Of a DNA stretch of 64,000 bases, positions 34,256 to 48,016 are shown one piece after another. A program made the position numbers and the translations under genes. The stretch spans positions 13,440,795 through 13,504,794 of the forward strand of contig NC_092670.1 of the NCBI RefSeq assembly GCF_964355755.1. Direction: 5' to 3'. Source of the stretch: Antedon mediterranea. Its lineage: Eukaryota; Animalia; Echinodermata. Below the pieces are notes generated by a model, which worked only from the letters and a program-made list of their open reading frames with translations, ran no database searches and was not told the origin of the DNA. Position 1 is the first letter of the stretch, and every line of letters begins with the position of its first letter.

Positions 34256-37119
34256 GTAAGACTCAATAATATCAATGAACTTTATTATAGCCTACCAACC
34301 TCACTCATAGCCCGTTCAGGCTTTGTTATTTACCAGGTTGGTTCATTTGTACACTTATCGCTAACTTTGGTGGTATTAATCCCCTGTACACTTATCGGTA
34401 ACTTTGGTAGGATGAACCTCCTGATGAACTACACTACAGGGGTACATATCCTGAATCCTTAGTGGGCCTACATTGCAAAATAAATTATAGAATCCAAATT
34501 GATGTAATTGTTTTGTTTATATATTTGCTAAAGCCTAACAAGAAAAGCAATCCATAATTATTACTTCCCGTATACTTCATGACATTGGAAATAGTAAACA
34601 TAGCTTATTGAAATGCACCATAAAATGTAAAAATAGATAAAGCCTACGAATCTTCATATAATGTTTTAATGCACGTAGGCCAATTATTTTTAGCAATGGA
34701 AAATGTTCATGGTTCAGTATCTGTTGTTTCTTAAATTTCCTAAAATATTTTTAAAACATATATTCCTATTATTTTTTTCAAATTTGAATTATATTTTAGA
34801 ATAGCGTTTTAAAAAAGTAGGTTAATAGACCATACATTTCAACTTTTGGTGATTTGTCTTTGAAATTAAAACGTCAATTATTTTTTACGCAAGCAGTATA
34901 CGATGCTTCTAAACATTTCGTAAGATAGGCCTGCTAATAGCCTATGCGTAGACAGTGAGACCCTTTTATCCTCCATTCTCAACCATTTGAAGAGGTAACG
35001 AATGGATGCGTAACGCATTGGTTGTACAGTAGTCTGTTCATGGATGAATTGACAGTTGTATATAGCATTCCTTTTCCGTACCGTAGGTTACTGTCTATTG
35101 TGCCGTACAGGATCGCAGGACAACTGTGTGATACACTGTATACACGTGTAATATCACACGTAAATTCCTGAATAATGGGCCATAAGCATTAGCCTACAAA
35201 CCCAAACATACAGGTGACACATGTGATACATGTGATTAACTAATTTAACTATGATACGGGAGATTTTATAGGCTTGCATTCAAATGGACGGATATCTAGG
35301 TTGAGTGCGAATTTAGCCTATATTGCTTATCTTGTTTATTTATTTAAACACACATACAGAATTCAAAGGGACATATCGGGCCATTTAAAGTAATCCAAGT
35401 TTCTTTAAAATAACATTTATAATTTGGTCAGATCATCGGCCTAGATTTAAAGATTTGGATGCTGATGTAAATCAATCGTAATAGTTTATATTAACGAACA
35501 TTTCAACAACATAAATAGAGATATAAAGGTGCTGAAAACGATAGTATTTTCCTCATGTACGGTATTTGTTTTTGTTATTTCTTTGTGTCACAACCAATAA
35601 TATGTACAAAATAAATAACAAAGACTAAAAAAGGCATAGTTTCAACCACAACTAAACAAACACCATTTCATTAAAACAAAATTAAAAGGGCCTAATTATG
35701 ATTTATTTCATTTCATTAAATTATTTATTCATCCAAATAATAAAGTAGAATAAAATACATTAAAAGATATGATGAAAAGGTTCGTCGACAAAAAAGCTGA
35801 AGCTTGTTAGGCCTACGAGGTTGATGACCTAAAATTACATCTACAAGGAACTGCAAACATTTTCCAAAATTTTCAAGTAGTTTACTGTTAAGAACCCATA
35901 CTAAATTAGTCAACTCTCAGTTTTGTATTTATTTATAATTTGCGCATAATTATCGATTAATATATGCAAATTCTTTCTCTTATTTCATTATTTTTTCAAT
36001 GGAAATTTTTATTATATAAATTTCTAACCAAAAGAACCCACATTTCATCTCGTAATACGGTTAATAAAATATTATTGCGAGTATTGCGAGCCTTGCGCAT
36101 GCGTATATCAGTATTTGTTTGAATGTATATACCGGTAACCTACAGAGGTAAATTCTTAACTCCTACAGTCTCTTCCAAGTACTACCAACTCCCCCCACCC
36201 CAACCCTACAATAAAAAAAAAAACCCAAAAATACAGACTTTGGGCGTAGTAAAAACAAATTATTCCCTATCCCTTCGAGTGTTTCAAACGAAATTGTGTG
36301 TCCCCTGAATGGATGTATCTCAGTGAAGTGGGTTCTCAGCGGGTAATCATTTATTATTATTGTTACAAACACAAGGACATGTATTGTCTAGTATAGTTAG
36401 TTCTATAACACGGTATACCCATGTATACCACCTTTCGCAATACTTTATATTTTAATAGTTTTTCGAAATCAGGAAATATAAAACCAACTATGTATTCATG
36501 GAACTATCAATGTTCATCCATAAACGTCAATGCAGGGTTTTAAGTCATATTTATACATTATTCTGCTTCAATTGAACAACTTGGGTCAATTTATCGAATT
36601 ATATTTTTTACAATCATTCCGGTATCTATATATAAATTATGGTTAATTCTGACATAGGCGAGCACAATGGAAAAACTTCGGTACAAATCTCTGCCTTGGA
36701 TACCTACCTGATCTATCTCAGATGTACCGCGAAATGTAAATTTGATAACATTGGTTTTCAATATTACGATATTGGTCCATATTTCTATCTTAGGAAGATA
36801 TTATAAAAAGTTTTAAAACAACATTTCTGATTTCATTGGTAGATTTTCAACTCAATTTCAATTGTACGCGGTCAAAATCATTTCCGGGTTCACGATGAGT
36901 TCACGAGTTCACCTTGCAATTACCTGGTTTCAACTAAGTTGGCCGTTAGTGGCTATAACCATTTTAGTTTTTTGTTTATTTTCGGATCGGGCCGCGCGTG
37001 TGAAGGTACAGTAGTTAAAAAATAAAAATTATATTGATAAAATGGTCTAAATAATTTGACAACATTTTTGTCAATTGAAGAAATTTTGTAATAATTTTGG
37101 ATTAAAGGAACTGGTCAGT

Positions 37120-37375
37120 TTTTATTTATTCATTTATTTAACTGTATACATGATTACACAATCAAGTAAAAGAAAACCTCTTTTGCATTGTGGTCCAGTT
37201 TAAATCCAAAATAAATCAAGGAAAAATATAGTTTTGCGAGTAATAAAATAGATCGATAGCTAGATTTGAATGAAGCAATATTTAAATTAAGTTGGTAGGT
37301 TATTCCATTTTAAAAGAGCGCAGCATCTTTTAGACGCCAGAGAGATAATTTAGGAAGAGGATACAGACAATTCAT
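37120..37375 (-). mobile_element. Decayed CR1/L2-type LINE 3' end
   Basis: Minus-strand translation LKWNNLPT / IASFKS resembles the ORF2 C-terminal WNxLP...SFK motif, followed by an AATAAA-rich tail. Confidence 0.45.
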
Positions 37376-40300
37376 AAACCACAGTTTGTTTATCAAAATG
37401 ATAAGAATAATAATGTACTGTTTCATTGAATTTTATATCGATCCACGGAACTGCCGTAAATGTAGCTACATGAGCGCTAACTGGCTAAACACAGCGCATG
37501 AGGGCCCCAATGCATCTAGACCGCGTTGGACGGCCCATGAATGCTAAAGCGTGGTTCTCACTAGGACGCAACGTAACGCAACGCAATGACGTATCGATTC
37601 AACGTGCCTTATTGCGTACCATTGGAGTTTTCCTCCTGCGTTACGCTACTCTCGGTTATGGTTGGTTTGAGAGGCCTAAACATGAACTGACATATTCTCC
37701 ATATTGATAAATTCTAATGTTCAGATCATTTGCCAATTTACACATAATAATAATAATAATTTATTGCGACAATTAATACGAGAATATCCTTGACTGTTTT
37801 AGGATTGATCTTACTACCACACAACGTTTCATTATTTCTTTTATTGTTTTTTTATTAGTCATGTTTTTCAATTTCAAAGAAACAAAGGTATTATGGAAAC
37901 GTATCAACATTAATGTGACGGCCTTTGAATCAAAATTTGAGTTGAAGATATTGGACCCGGTAAAGGTGCAATTTAAACATTTTTAAAGACCATATCACAA
38001 TGTATGACCGGAATTAATGTAGGCCCATGTCATTGTGGAAATTAAAACATGTTCTCTCAGTTTGTTTCTAATACTAATACGAATTAGTGAAACATAATAG
38101 TGAGTACAATAGATCGATTGCAACAAATAAACAGTATTGATCTTGGGAATGCGCATGCGTCATGTTCTGTTTCAAACGTTGCACCAGTAATGGAAGACGG
38201 ATTTTGCCTAGCTTTTGATTAGTGTAAATAAACACGGCGTAACTGTTATTTGAATATTGTTATACACTCACAAAAAGTGTCCTTTTATTTTAAGTAACAA
38301 GATGGTTTAATTAGATATAGTCCATATAGATAGTCACCGCTTTCCAATCCTTCATAGGAATTGTGTAACTTTGTCTGTTGGTACATACATGAATTTCCAC
38401 ATGGATAATTTTAAAATTATAATTAAGTATAAAATATAGTTTAGAGAGAGTTACAATTTTATAGAGAGGAAATTGTGTAGTGGCATACGTAAAATCGGAT
38501 CTGGTTACACTTTACTTCAGATGATTGTGTTACCTTTTTTTTCATTTTTTTCCATTTTTAAATAGAGTATCTTTTATTCATAAAAAAACATACATTATTG
38601 CTCCCCTTTCGTTTCACTGGAAAGTGTCCAATTAATAGAGGTTGCATGTATTCTTTATGTCGCTCATTTCACAACGATGTATTTTTGGTTGTCAATTACG
38701 CATGCTGCAATCAAAACATAAATTATAGGATTTACATTTATTGTGCTTTCAATTTAAGTGCACCGTTAAGAGAATAATAATAATGCGATTTTTTAAATGC
38801 TATTTCCCCTATTTTTTCGTTAACTCTATCTTGTGGTGGATATATTTCACAGCCAATATCAACACGCACATCGGACAAGTGTGAACAGGATTTAAAACCG
38901 CTTAAAATCTGGTAAGGCTCCTGCGCGTTAAGCCACTTTCACACGTTTGCACCTATCCGGGTTATTAGTTTCGTCTCTCTAGCTCAGTCAGACAACCTAT
39001 TATCAGAATAAAAGCGTATACTAGTATACAGCGATTCCAGTGGTTTCGTAAAACTGTTGTTATAACGCCTGAGTAGATTCTTGTCACTTGATTGGATGAT
39101 GATAGGTCACATGATATTCAATAACTACTCTGTTATTTTAATTATTTTGTCATTAAATGAGTGCAATACTTGCGTTATGCGAGTGCAATTCGTTATATTC
39201 CCGTTGAATTTCGTTATATGCGCGTTCGTTCTTGTTACACTGCACAGTGAGCAAGCACGTACTGCACGAGGCTATGACTGTTGACGGAAATCAACATGTA
39301 GTGTGCTTCATCTACAGACATTGATTACTCTGCGTCTAAAGCGCGCTGCCATTTTTCATTGCTTTAGGTCTTGGCCTAACCTCTCAGCAGCAGGTGTGTA
39401 ATGATCTATATTCGTGCAATGGAACAAATAATTCCATTCGGTGAAATGTTCACCTCATGAAATATTTGTACCAATGCACTCATAAGCATTCATTATTTTG
39501 TATAATATGAAATTGTCGCATGTCACGCGAATGCACGCATGTCACATGTAGTAGGTAGATTTTATTCGTTTTTGTAGCTGAATAGAAATCATACAGTATA
39601 TACTTGTTAATGTGCAAAGTGTAATATACGAGTTGTGTATTATACGTTTGAAAAAGCAGCAGTAAAGATCACGTTACACTCATCCCTCAACGATTATCCC
39701 AAAGTATTACGATTTATCAAGTAGATATCGCAGCTATTCTGTCGGGAAATCAACACAATATCTAGTAGAATTATAATCTTGGATTATTATATATTTCAAA
39801 TACATTTCAATAGGGAATATTGTTTAAAAAATTCATTTAAAACGCTATACGCGACACATATTAGTACACAAAGCAGGAAATATCTGGTGGACCACACGCT
39901 TCATACAGTATTATCCGCTGTGGTGTCAATAATGATAAAGTTTCTAATTATAGGATAGATGAAATGGACGAGCGTATTTTGTAATATTTAGATATATATC
40001 AATAATTGCTATAAGGAAATGGTATCCATCTTTCTTAATAGCCACAAACACACAAATGAATAATAAATAACTCCAGAATTTAGAGTGCATTTACCACATT
40101 TCACCTTTTACACTCTTTTCTCGTTTAACTAATTCATTCACACATCTACATCATTAACTACGGTAGATCTTTTTGGGACACCCTATTCAGACTTCACCTC
40201 TATTATTAAAGCAGTGACGAGTGAATTTTTACTCTTCTTTGATTAAAGTTACAGGGTAATAAGTATTCAGGAGACGCCCACCAGGTGACACATTATTTGG

Positions 40301-43300
40301 TCTGAAACTGTACCTTTAATAAGCTGTTTATAATTGTGAATTTGCAAATGAGGAACAATGTATTTCTAGACTTGACTTAAATCAATCGCGATGAAAAATA
40401 CAAACATTTTATATATCATTTGAAAACTAAAAAATATTGTGATAGGCTGAAGAATATTTTAAATTACAAATGCCTCATGTTTCCCATTTACCTGAATCGG
40501 TATTGCGTATTATTACTTAAAAGCGCCTGTTCGGTGTATAAGTTACAGATCGCAGCAGGAACAAACGTGCACGTTTTGAAATTTAAGAGAATCAAGTCAA
40601 TACATTTGACAACAGGTGAGTCTTAAGCAATTTAATGAACATTTTTTGGATTAAGGACTTTGTTGGGAATGGAAAACTGGTTTTTTAAACAGTTGGTGCT
40701 GCTCTTAGAAGATAAAGATTGCTGATGCCGAATTTGTTTAAACAAATCACGTTGTTTACAACAACAAGCAACTATTAATTTAAATTAAATTAATAGCCGG
40801 TTGTCGGTGTTTACCGGCAACATAGGAAAATACCATGATACAGCATCACATGTATCGTATAGTATCTTAGTTCACAGCCTAACCCTAACATACTTACCTG
40901 TTGCGGGCACCATTTGATACACATGATCTGCCATTAACCGAAATAGTCCGGTATAATAACAAAGGAATGCTGAGAATCGGGTGATATTATGCAAATTAGG
41001 AAAAACTAATATGCAAATTATGGTAACAATATAATGTACCCATGCTGAGCTCGTCAATTGTTTATAACGTCTAATTTGCAATTTTCTTCAACAATTAATA
41101 TATATATGGACACGATTACGTCATATCACCGCCATATGTGGTACATCTCACTTTTTAGTGACTCTACAGCTCACTATGTCGGTCGGTTGGTCGGTCGGTA
41201 AACACTAACTCAAATTTGAGCACGCGACTGCAGACATGCATATGGCCTTGTTTGTTGTCAAACTAGTTATTATACTGAAGGAAGACAGAGCGTAAGTCCT
41301 CATACATAAAGGTACGGGAGACAGAAATAATGCTTCGACACGTATTTTCAATCTGAACATGTTTTATAGGTAATTTAAAGATGCTATGTGTAAGTATCAG
41401 ACGTTTTTATTGTCGTTGGCGTGTTTAATTACATAAGGCTAAATGGTTTTCTAAGATCATTTTTTGTCGCTAACACTGCGTGTATTCTATGTATAGATTG
41501 GAACAGCGTCATTTCATGTCTAATGGATCAACACAAACTACGCGAAAAGGTTATTTTACACAAACTAATTGATAAAAAACCTAAGACCATACGATAACTA
41601 TGACATACGTCATAATGCAACATATTAATAAACAAATGTAAACACATTCGTTCAAATTGTGTATGTTACCTAGTCCGTAGAGAGCAGATAATATACAAAA
41701 TACGAATCATGCAAACGTAATATACCGCCTGTGACGTTACGAAGCAAGTCGAAGCGCGCATCCAGGCCTGTGTACACTGAGCATGTACACACGTGAGGTG
41801 CACGTCGCGTCATGCGTTGAATTTAATGAAGCGAGTTGGAAAAGTGTTAATGAAAGCACCCAGAAACTGAGTGAAGTGCTTGGCAACATCACCACGCAGA
41901 TGGCGAATGTTGATATTTAGGCGCGCCCATGTTAAAAGAATACAAATGTTTCTTTTTTTAATTTGTGAAGTTATTAATGATTAAGGGTTTTCTGTGAGTA
42001 TATACCTATTTACACCGATAAATTCAGAATTATAACTTGAAAATTGTAGGCGCTATGTGCTAACAAACAAACAAAGCAAGTAGGCCTACTACACTTTCTG
42101 TATTGCCAAGTAACAAGTTGCCCATAAGCAATTCAAACGAATTCACGCACGGAGACTTCGCAAGTTCAAATTCACCGCGTTGAAATTGGAAATCGACTGA
42201 CGACGCCTTCTAACTTGAGTATGATTTGATGTTCACACTAAAATCGTTCATCGCGTCAAAATTACAGTTCGATCTACTAACATTTTTCAGTTTTACACTG
42301 GCCATTAGCGGATACCCTCTTCGTGGCGGCATGTATAGTGACGATATTTATCGTATCATTTACTGTATACCGTCCCATTGGGTGGGTTTTCATGACGTTT
42401 AACGTTTAAACAAAGTCGTAAATTAAACTACAGTAATACAAAATAAGTTCAATCCGCCAAGTAATCAATGTTATTTAAACAGGCAATACGAAGCCAGTTT
42501 AATTATGAATGCCCTACATTATCGACGATTCTGAATACAGTTTCTTTAATATGTATGCTAATCATTTTATCCAACGACTGTAATAATTTCAACTTCCTGA
42601 TTGCTGTTAGTAGACTAAATTAAACATTAATGTATCAATGTAATATTAACTAAGTACGTAAACAATTGTATTTTTATAACTAGGTAAATCATGAATTTAT
42701 CTGCAGAGTATGAACAAAAATAATTGCCTTTTGTTTGTGTATTAACGATCAACTTATCACATTTCAGTAGATTTGATTGAATTAGGCATTAGTTAGACAC
42801 AGACTAAATTTTGTGAAACATTTTTTTCTGAAACAGGATCGTTGGAAACCATCTTATGTTTTCTTTGCGCAACCATGATTCAATTAACTTTAAAATGTTA
42901 ATAATATTTATAATTTTTTTTCTGTTGGCGTCGGCAAGTTATTGCAAGTAATAAAGAAAGCACAGATAATTTGTATATTTAATTAATGCTCCTGGCGATA
43001 ATGCAATATTCGATCAGTAACACGTTCCCGACTTTACTGCCACCGCCCCTACCAAGATTAAAGCGTGCTTCCCATTAGCGACGCAACGCAACGCAGCCGA
43101 CGCAACGTAAGCAAATGCCCTTCTAATAATTGTGTCTGCCCTCGATCCTGCGTGAAATCAAACCTGCGATGTTTGCAACACTGTTGCGTTGTCGGTTCCC
43201 ACTTGTGATTACGCAATACAGCACCTTCGATACGTCGTGTTGCGTTCTAGTGGGAACCACGCTTGGTAGAATGCCCATAAATGATAATTTGTTATGTACA

Positions 43301-44620
43301 GAAGTAGGCCTAACTATGAAATGTCCATTCAAGGCTATCAAATTACGTGTAAGTTTTGGTCCATTCACACACATGACATATGCTTTGCCATACAATATAC
43401 GATATAGCGCCATCATCTTCGTTCTTGTCATAAAAATCTATTTTAAGTTCCTATTCTGGATAAAGTAATCAAATCAATCTACAATGCATTGTAACTTTCT
43501 AACAAAGAAAGACAAATTCTGGACATCACGCAAGTTGTTTTGGCTTTTTTTTTTATCGTGTCCAAATTTTTTTTTACTGATTGTGTGTTCGTTTTATAAT
43601 GATAGCTTTTATATTTTTATCTCGAAATGTATATTTGTTAAACTTTAATTTGTTAAACCAAGTTGCAATAAAGAATATGATTATTTTTATACATTCTTCC
43701 AAAATAATTACATCTTTATCTACGTTGTTGGCAAAGTCGAAATCATTCGAATTGATCACTCTGCTTCCGTTATTTCTGTGTAGCAATATCCTTGCTTATC
43801 GTTTTATCGCTTCATGTTCAACACGTAATTGCAATAATAATAGCATTTCTGTAGATATTCAACGATGGTTTTCTCATGGGATCACCCCTTTCTCTAATTG
43901 GTATTTTAAGTACCTAACAGCAATCAAAATAAAAACGTAATATTTCTGTATTTTATAGTGGCACATCATTATTGGTTAATATTTTAAAGAAATGTTCCAG
44001 CATAAATCATCGTGGAGTCCACAGGAATAATTTCAACACAACTTAAAGAGACGCCTATAGTGTTTTATTATTATTATTATTTTTAAATGTTATCTTAATT
44101 TTTGTTTGTAAAATCGCCGTTAAAACATAGAATAAAATTGTGGTTTAAGAGGATTAGATTATTGTTATGTTTAGTCGACAGTCGGTGTTTTTTAAAGCAG
44201 CTCAAGTATTATACGTAATACTGCCATGTTAAATATTTATATTGGGCGAAATGCAGTGTAGAACCTAGACAATTTCTCAAACAAAACACGTGCTGAGAGC
44301 AATTACTTCACTTGGTACAAAATGCATATTTATCTAGCACTTTAGAATATTTTTCAACTAAGTGGTTACTTAATAATCTTAGTATAAGGGCCTATACGGT
44401 AAACTTGCTTATAGATAATAATATACAGATTCAAATCTGTTTCCGATTCGATTACGAACATTAGTAATTTTTTACATTTTCAGTTTTTCAATTTTTACCT
44501 CAACCTGATACAGTAGACAAAGTATTTCGAAAGCAAGACCATTGGCTGTATTCACAATTCACACTTTCATGCTAAGGGAAACACTAGTGAAATACTTAAT
44601 ATTAAGGGAAATATCTTCGT

Positions 44621-44770
44621 ACTATGTGGTGGTTCCCAGTTCTTTTAATTTTCCACGCCGCTTTATCTACCTATTTTTAACTAGGTATTTACAGATGAGT
44701 GGAATGTGAGTTGTTCTTATATCGAGAATTGAACCTCTCTGAAACTTTCTGTCGGATAGTACTCAAACCA
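44621..44770 (-). mobile_element. Degenerate copy of the 28734 tRNA-SINE
   Basis: Reverse complement contains ggttcaattctcga, ccactcatctgtaaatacc, gcggcgtggaaa and accacata. Confidence 0.75.
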
Positions 44771-47408
44771 TGTGGGTAGGTTGGGGAAGTATGTATTGTA
44801 GGCCTAAAATATATAAGCATTCATGGTGCAGTTAAGTGTACTTTTGTATAGTTTCCTCCGTACGTTTCATAATTAGGACATCGTGTTCCGTCATGGTTTT
44901 TTTTTTCAAAGTGGAACGAAGACATCATAGTACCGTTTGATTGCCTTGTTCAATTCATCAACCATAAGAATAAATGGATATGAATAAGTATCTTCGCAAA
45001 TAATCACCACTTAAGAAAATCGATAGTAGATTACAACAGGTGGCAAATACGTAAACGATGCCATAGGCTAATTCTCAAGTAATGCCTTCAATCAGAAAAT
45101 GAAAAACAAATTGCACGCTTTATAAGTTATAATAATAATTTAACGGTTATGAAGAAAGCTTGAATGGTTAATGGATGAGTTTATGTGATTTAAAAGTTAC
45201 AAGAAACAAGGTCGAAAATGTTGTGGTGTATATTATGACATCCATTATTTACGTCAATTTTCTAATTTTACAGTTTCGTCTGTGGATGACGTCGCTGTCA
45301 AAAACGAACACTATTCTGAGTTGCAATCATGTACATAACAAAGTACATGTCAACTAACATAATGACTGTTTGTTAATGCCGTAATAATCTTTGAAAGAGA
45401 AATGTTTGTTAAAAGTAGGTTGTTTAATGTCGCAATAGAACACATCTTACCCATCAAGTATATGTCGGAAAACTATAGTAATCACCAAGTATATAATGAT
45501 GTTGAAAATGATGATTGCTTTGTTGTGGCTGCTCGTGGCAATGCATTTTATTGATTCTATTTTGAATGATTTGTATATTAATTGTTGGCGTAGGAAGAAA
45601 GAGAAAAATCAAACAATGTATAATTAGGCCTATCTTTCATATTTACTGATGTTAAAAACAAAATTCGACTGTGTATCGTCCGATTGCAGCAGTGAAGTAC
45701 AAGTTACTGTAAATTGTGTTCGAAATAAACAAAATATATTATAGGCAATCAATTTAGGCCTAATACAATAATGATAATTGATATAAACTCGGATTTTGAA
45801 TCTTCGATTAAACTATTACTAATGCTTTAACTCGCATTAAATTCATGATCCAATTTTTCATTTATTCGATAAATCTTCAATGCTTTCATTAAACGTAGAT
45901 AAATATTGATAATTCGAGTGTGAAATGTATTAATCTGGAGGGAATATATTGTTCTAATTCAATAACTAACCGTATACGTATTGTTGTTGCATGTCTGCTA
46001 TAGAATATCACATCAGTTTTTTATCTCGACTACGGTAGGTCAAATTTAGAAATCGGCTTAGTCACAAAAAAACACACTTATGTGATGCATGTTGGTGATT
46101 TTAAACCAGGAGTCTTTACCAGAGATGTTCACATAGGCCTGTAAGTTACATTTAATGGTATACTTTGTACATCATTAACCACCTGACTATCCCGATTTCC
46201 CGACTGAGAGGGCCCGACGCTAGCTATTATTTTCCGTACGAGACTTTCTCCATCGTTGCGGATGTTTCGATGGATATTGTATTCTGTAAAATAATTGCGC
46301 ATGCGTTGTTTATACGCACGTTTGTTACGCTTACGATGTGATGCTCAGTGCATTTCGTCAAAATGCCCGTTCAGCCTCCTTAACGGAAGAGCAGTTGACA
46401 CATCACCAGTCTTAAAAATGTCTACTTACGCCGATCGTGTATTCGTTTCATCGCCAATGTAAATATAAATCATTTTCAAAGAATCACATTTGACTCTTGT
46501 ACACAAGTATCTACATAAAGTAGAAATGTATTAGTATTCAATTTTTTACAAATCCAATAAAAGGTAAATAAGCTATAAGTTTCATCTAGATTTCACTCGC
46601 ATGTTCGTATTTTTCGTAATTGAATGTCTTGTCTTTTCTTCGACTATTATTATACTATTATTGGTAATATCAGACATTTTCAATACACATGCTATGGCGA
46701 CTATATTCCTGTGTCAGGGGATTTATTTCGCCTGATCCGTGCGTAAATTTACAAAAAGCTACCAATAAATCGTGACGCGATTCTCGTATATATTACCACT
46801 GTAATTGTTAAAGCATGTTGAAACATCTATTATAACACAATGTGCTTTGGTGTTATTTAATAAAAAGTACATTATTATCGGAGTCACTTAATATTTTGGT
46901 TGAAGTAGATTACTGGATGTGAAAACGTCAACACTTTTAGCGTGAATACACGATCTTTTGTTACCAGCGTAAAGTACAGATGATTGCTTGCAATAAATAA
47001 GACGTTACTATACTGTTGGTCTTGCGTACCATACCCTCATGTACAAGTGTCCCTTTTGAAGGGATGTTCCTTGAAAAGGGATTGGTAATAGTGTAAAAAA
47101 AATTTTCACCTCAATGGAAGTGTCCCGTGTCCGAATAATAATAATAATAATAAGATTTGTATAGCGCTCATACCACTCCAGAGTGCTCAAGGCGCATTTA
47201 AAAATAAATAAATAGAGGGGTTCATGTTATTTAACGGTCTACATACTTTCTTTTTTTCGTTTGAATTTGGTGGGATAAGCTTGGTTCGCAATGACGTAAG
47301 CGCAACCCAAGTAACACATGATGGATTATTCGAACTGTCGCTTGATTCTTATCTCACTTGCATTGTGCCTACGACGTCCTTGCGCTGTGCCTGTGGAACA
47401 ACGCTTTA

Positions 47409-47574
47409 AGCTTGGTTCCCACTAGAACGTAACGCAAGGACGTAAACGCAACGCAAGCGTTTTAACCAATGACAAGCGTTATAGACAGTTAGCAATCACA
47501 AGCGAATAAGCCATCGCTTGTGATTGGTTAATTCACTTACGTCCTTGTGTTGCGTCGCTAGTGGGAACCACGCT
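47409..47574. mobile_element. PIF/Harbinger (Tourist-like) MITE; best copy of a family repeated in the window
   Basis: TIR AGC(T/G)TGGTTCCCACTAG, TSD TTA; decayed copies near 22028-22156, 33345-33515, 37547-37660, 43061-43263, 47278-47405, 48016-48150, 49100-49210, 53750-53905, 58050-58135 and 62613-62715. Confidence 0.85.
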
Positions 47575-47817
47575 TTAGTTTAATTCGCCACGCCGTCCGT
47601 ATATATAGACGCAATATTTCCGTAACAATTATAGTGGCCGTGGTTCCTGGCTACAAGGACAAGGCAGCCTCTACTCAAAATCCCGTTTGGTCGTACAGAA
47701 AGATTTAGATCTTCACCAGTCCCTTTTTTAGTCCGACTCATTAATGATGAATATTGAATAGGCTGGCACTATTTTAACTTACAGGTGGACCAATTTTAAT
47801 GTGGTAAATTAATTTTA

Positions 47818-47824
<7 letters not shown>

Positions 47825-47861
<37 letters not shown>

Positions 47862-47976
47862 AGTTTTACCTTTTATACATAATGTATTTATATATTTTTA
47901 TCAAATTTTGTAAAATACTACTTTTCAGCCTTTTGGCTGCCGTTGTATTTTGATGTCTTTTTATGAATAAATATAC

Positions 47977-48015
<39 letters not shown>
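47825..48015 (+). mobile_element. Retroposed LINE 3' end with poly(A), preceded by poly(T)
   Basis: T-run of about 32 nt, CAGCC-TTTT-GGCTG hairpin, AATAAA and an A-run of about 38 nt. Confidence 0.6.

Positions 48016-48016
<1 letters not shown>

Noticed and set aside
43060-43468. Antiparallel 102- and 112-aa ORFs
   Set aside because: They overlap a palindromic MITE copy and show no protein-like features.
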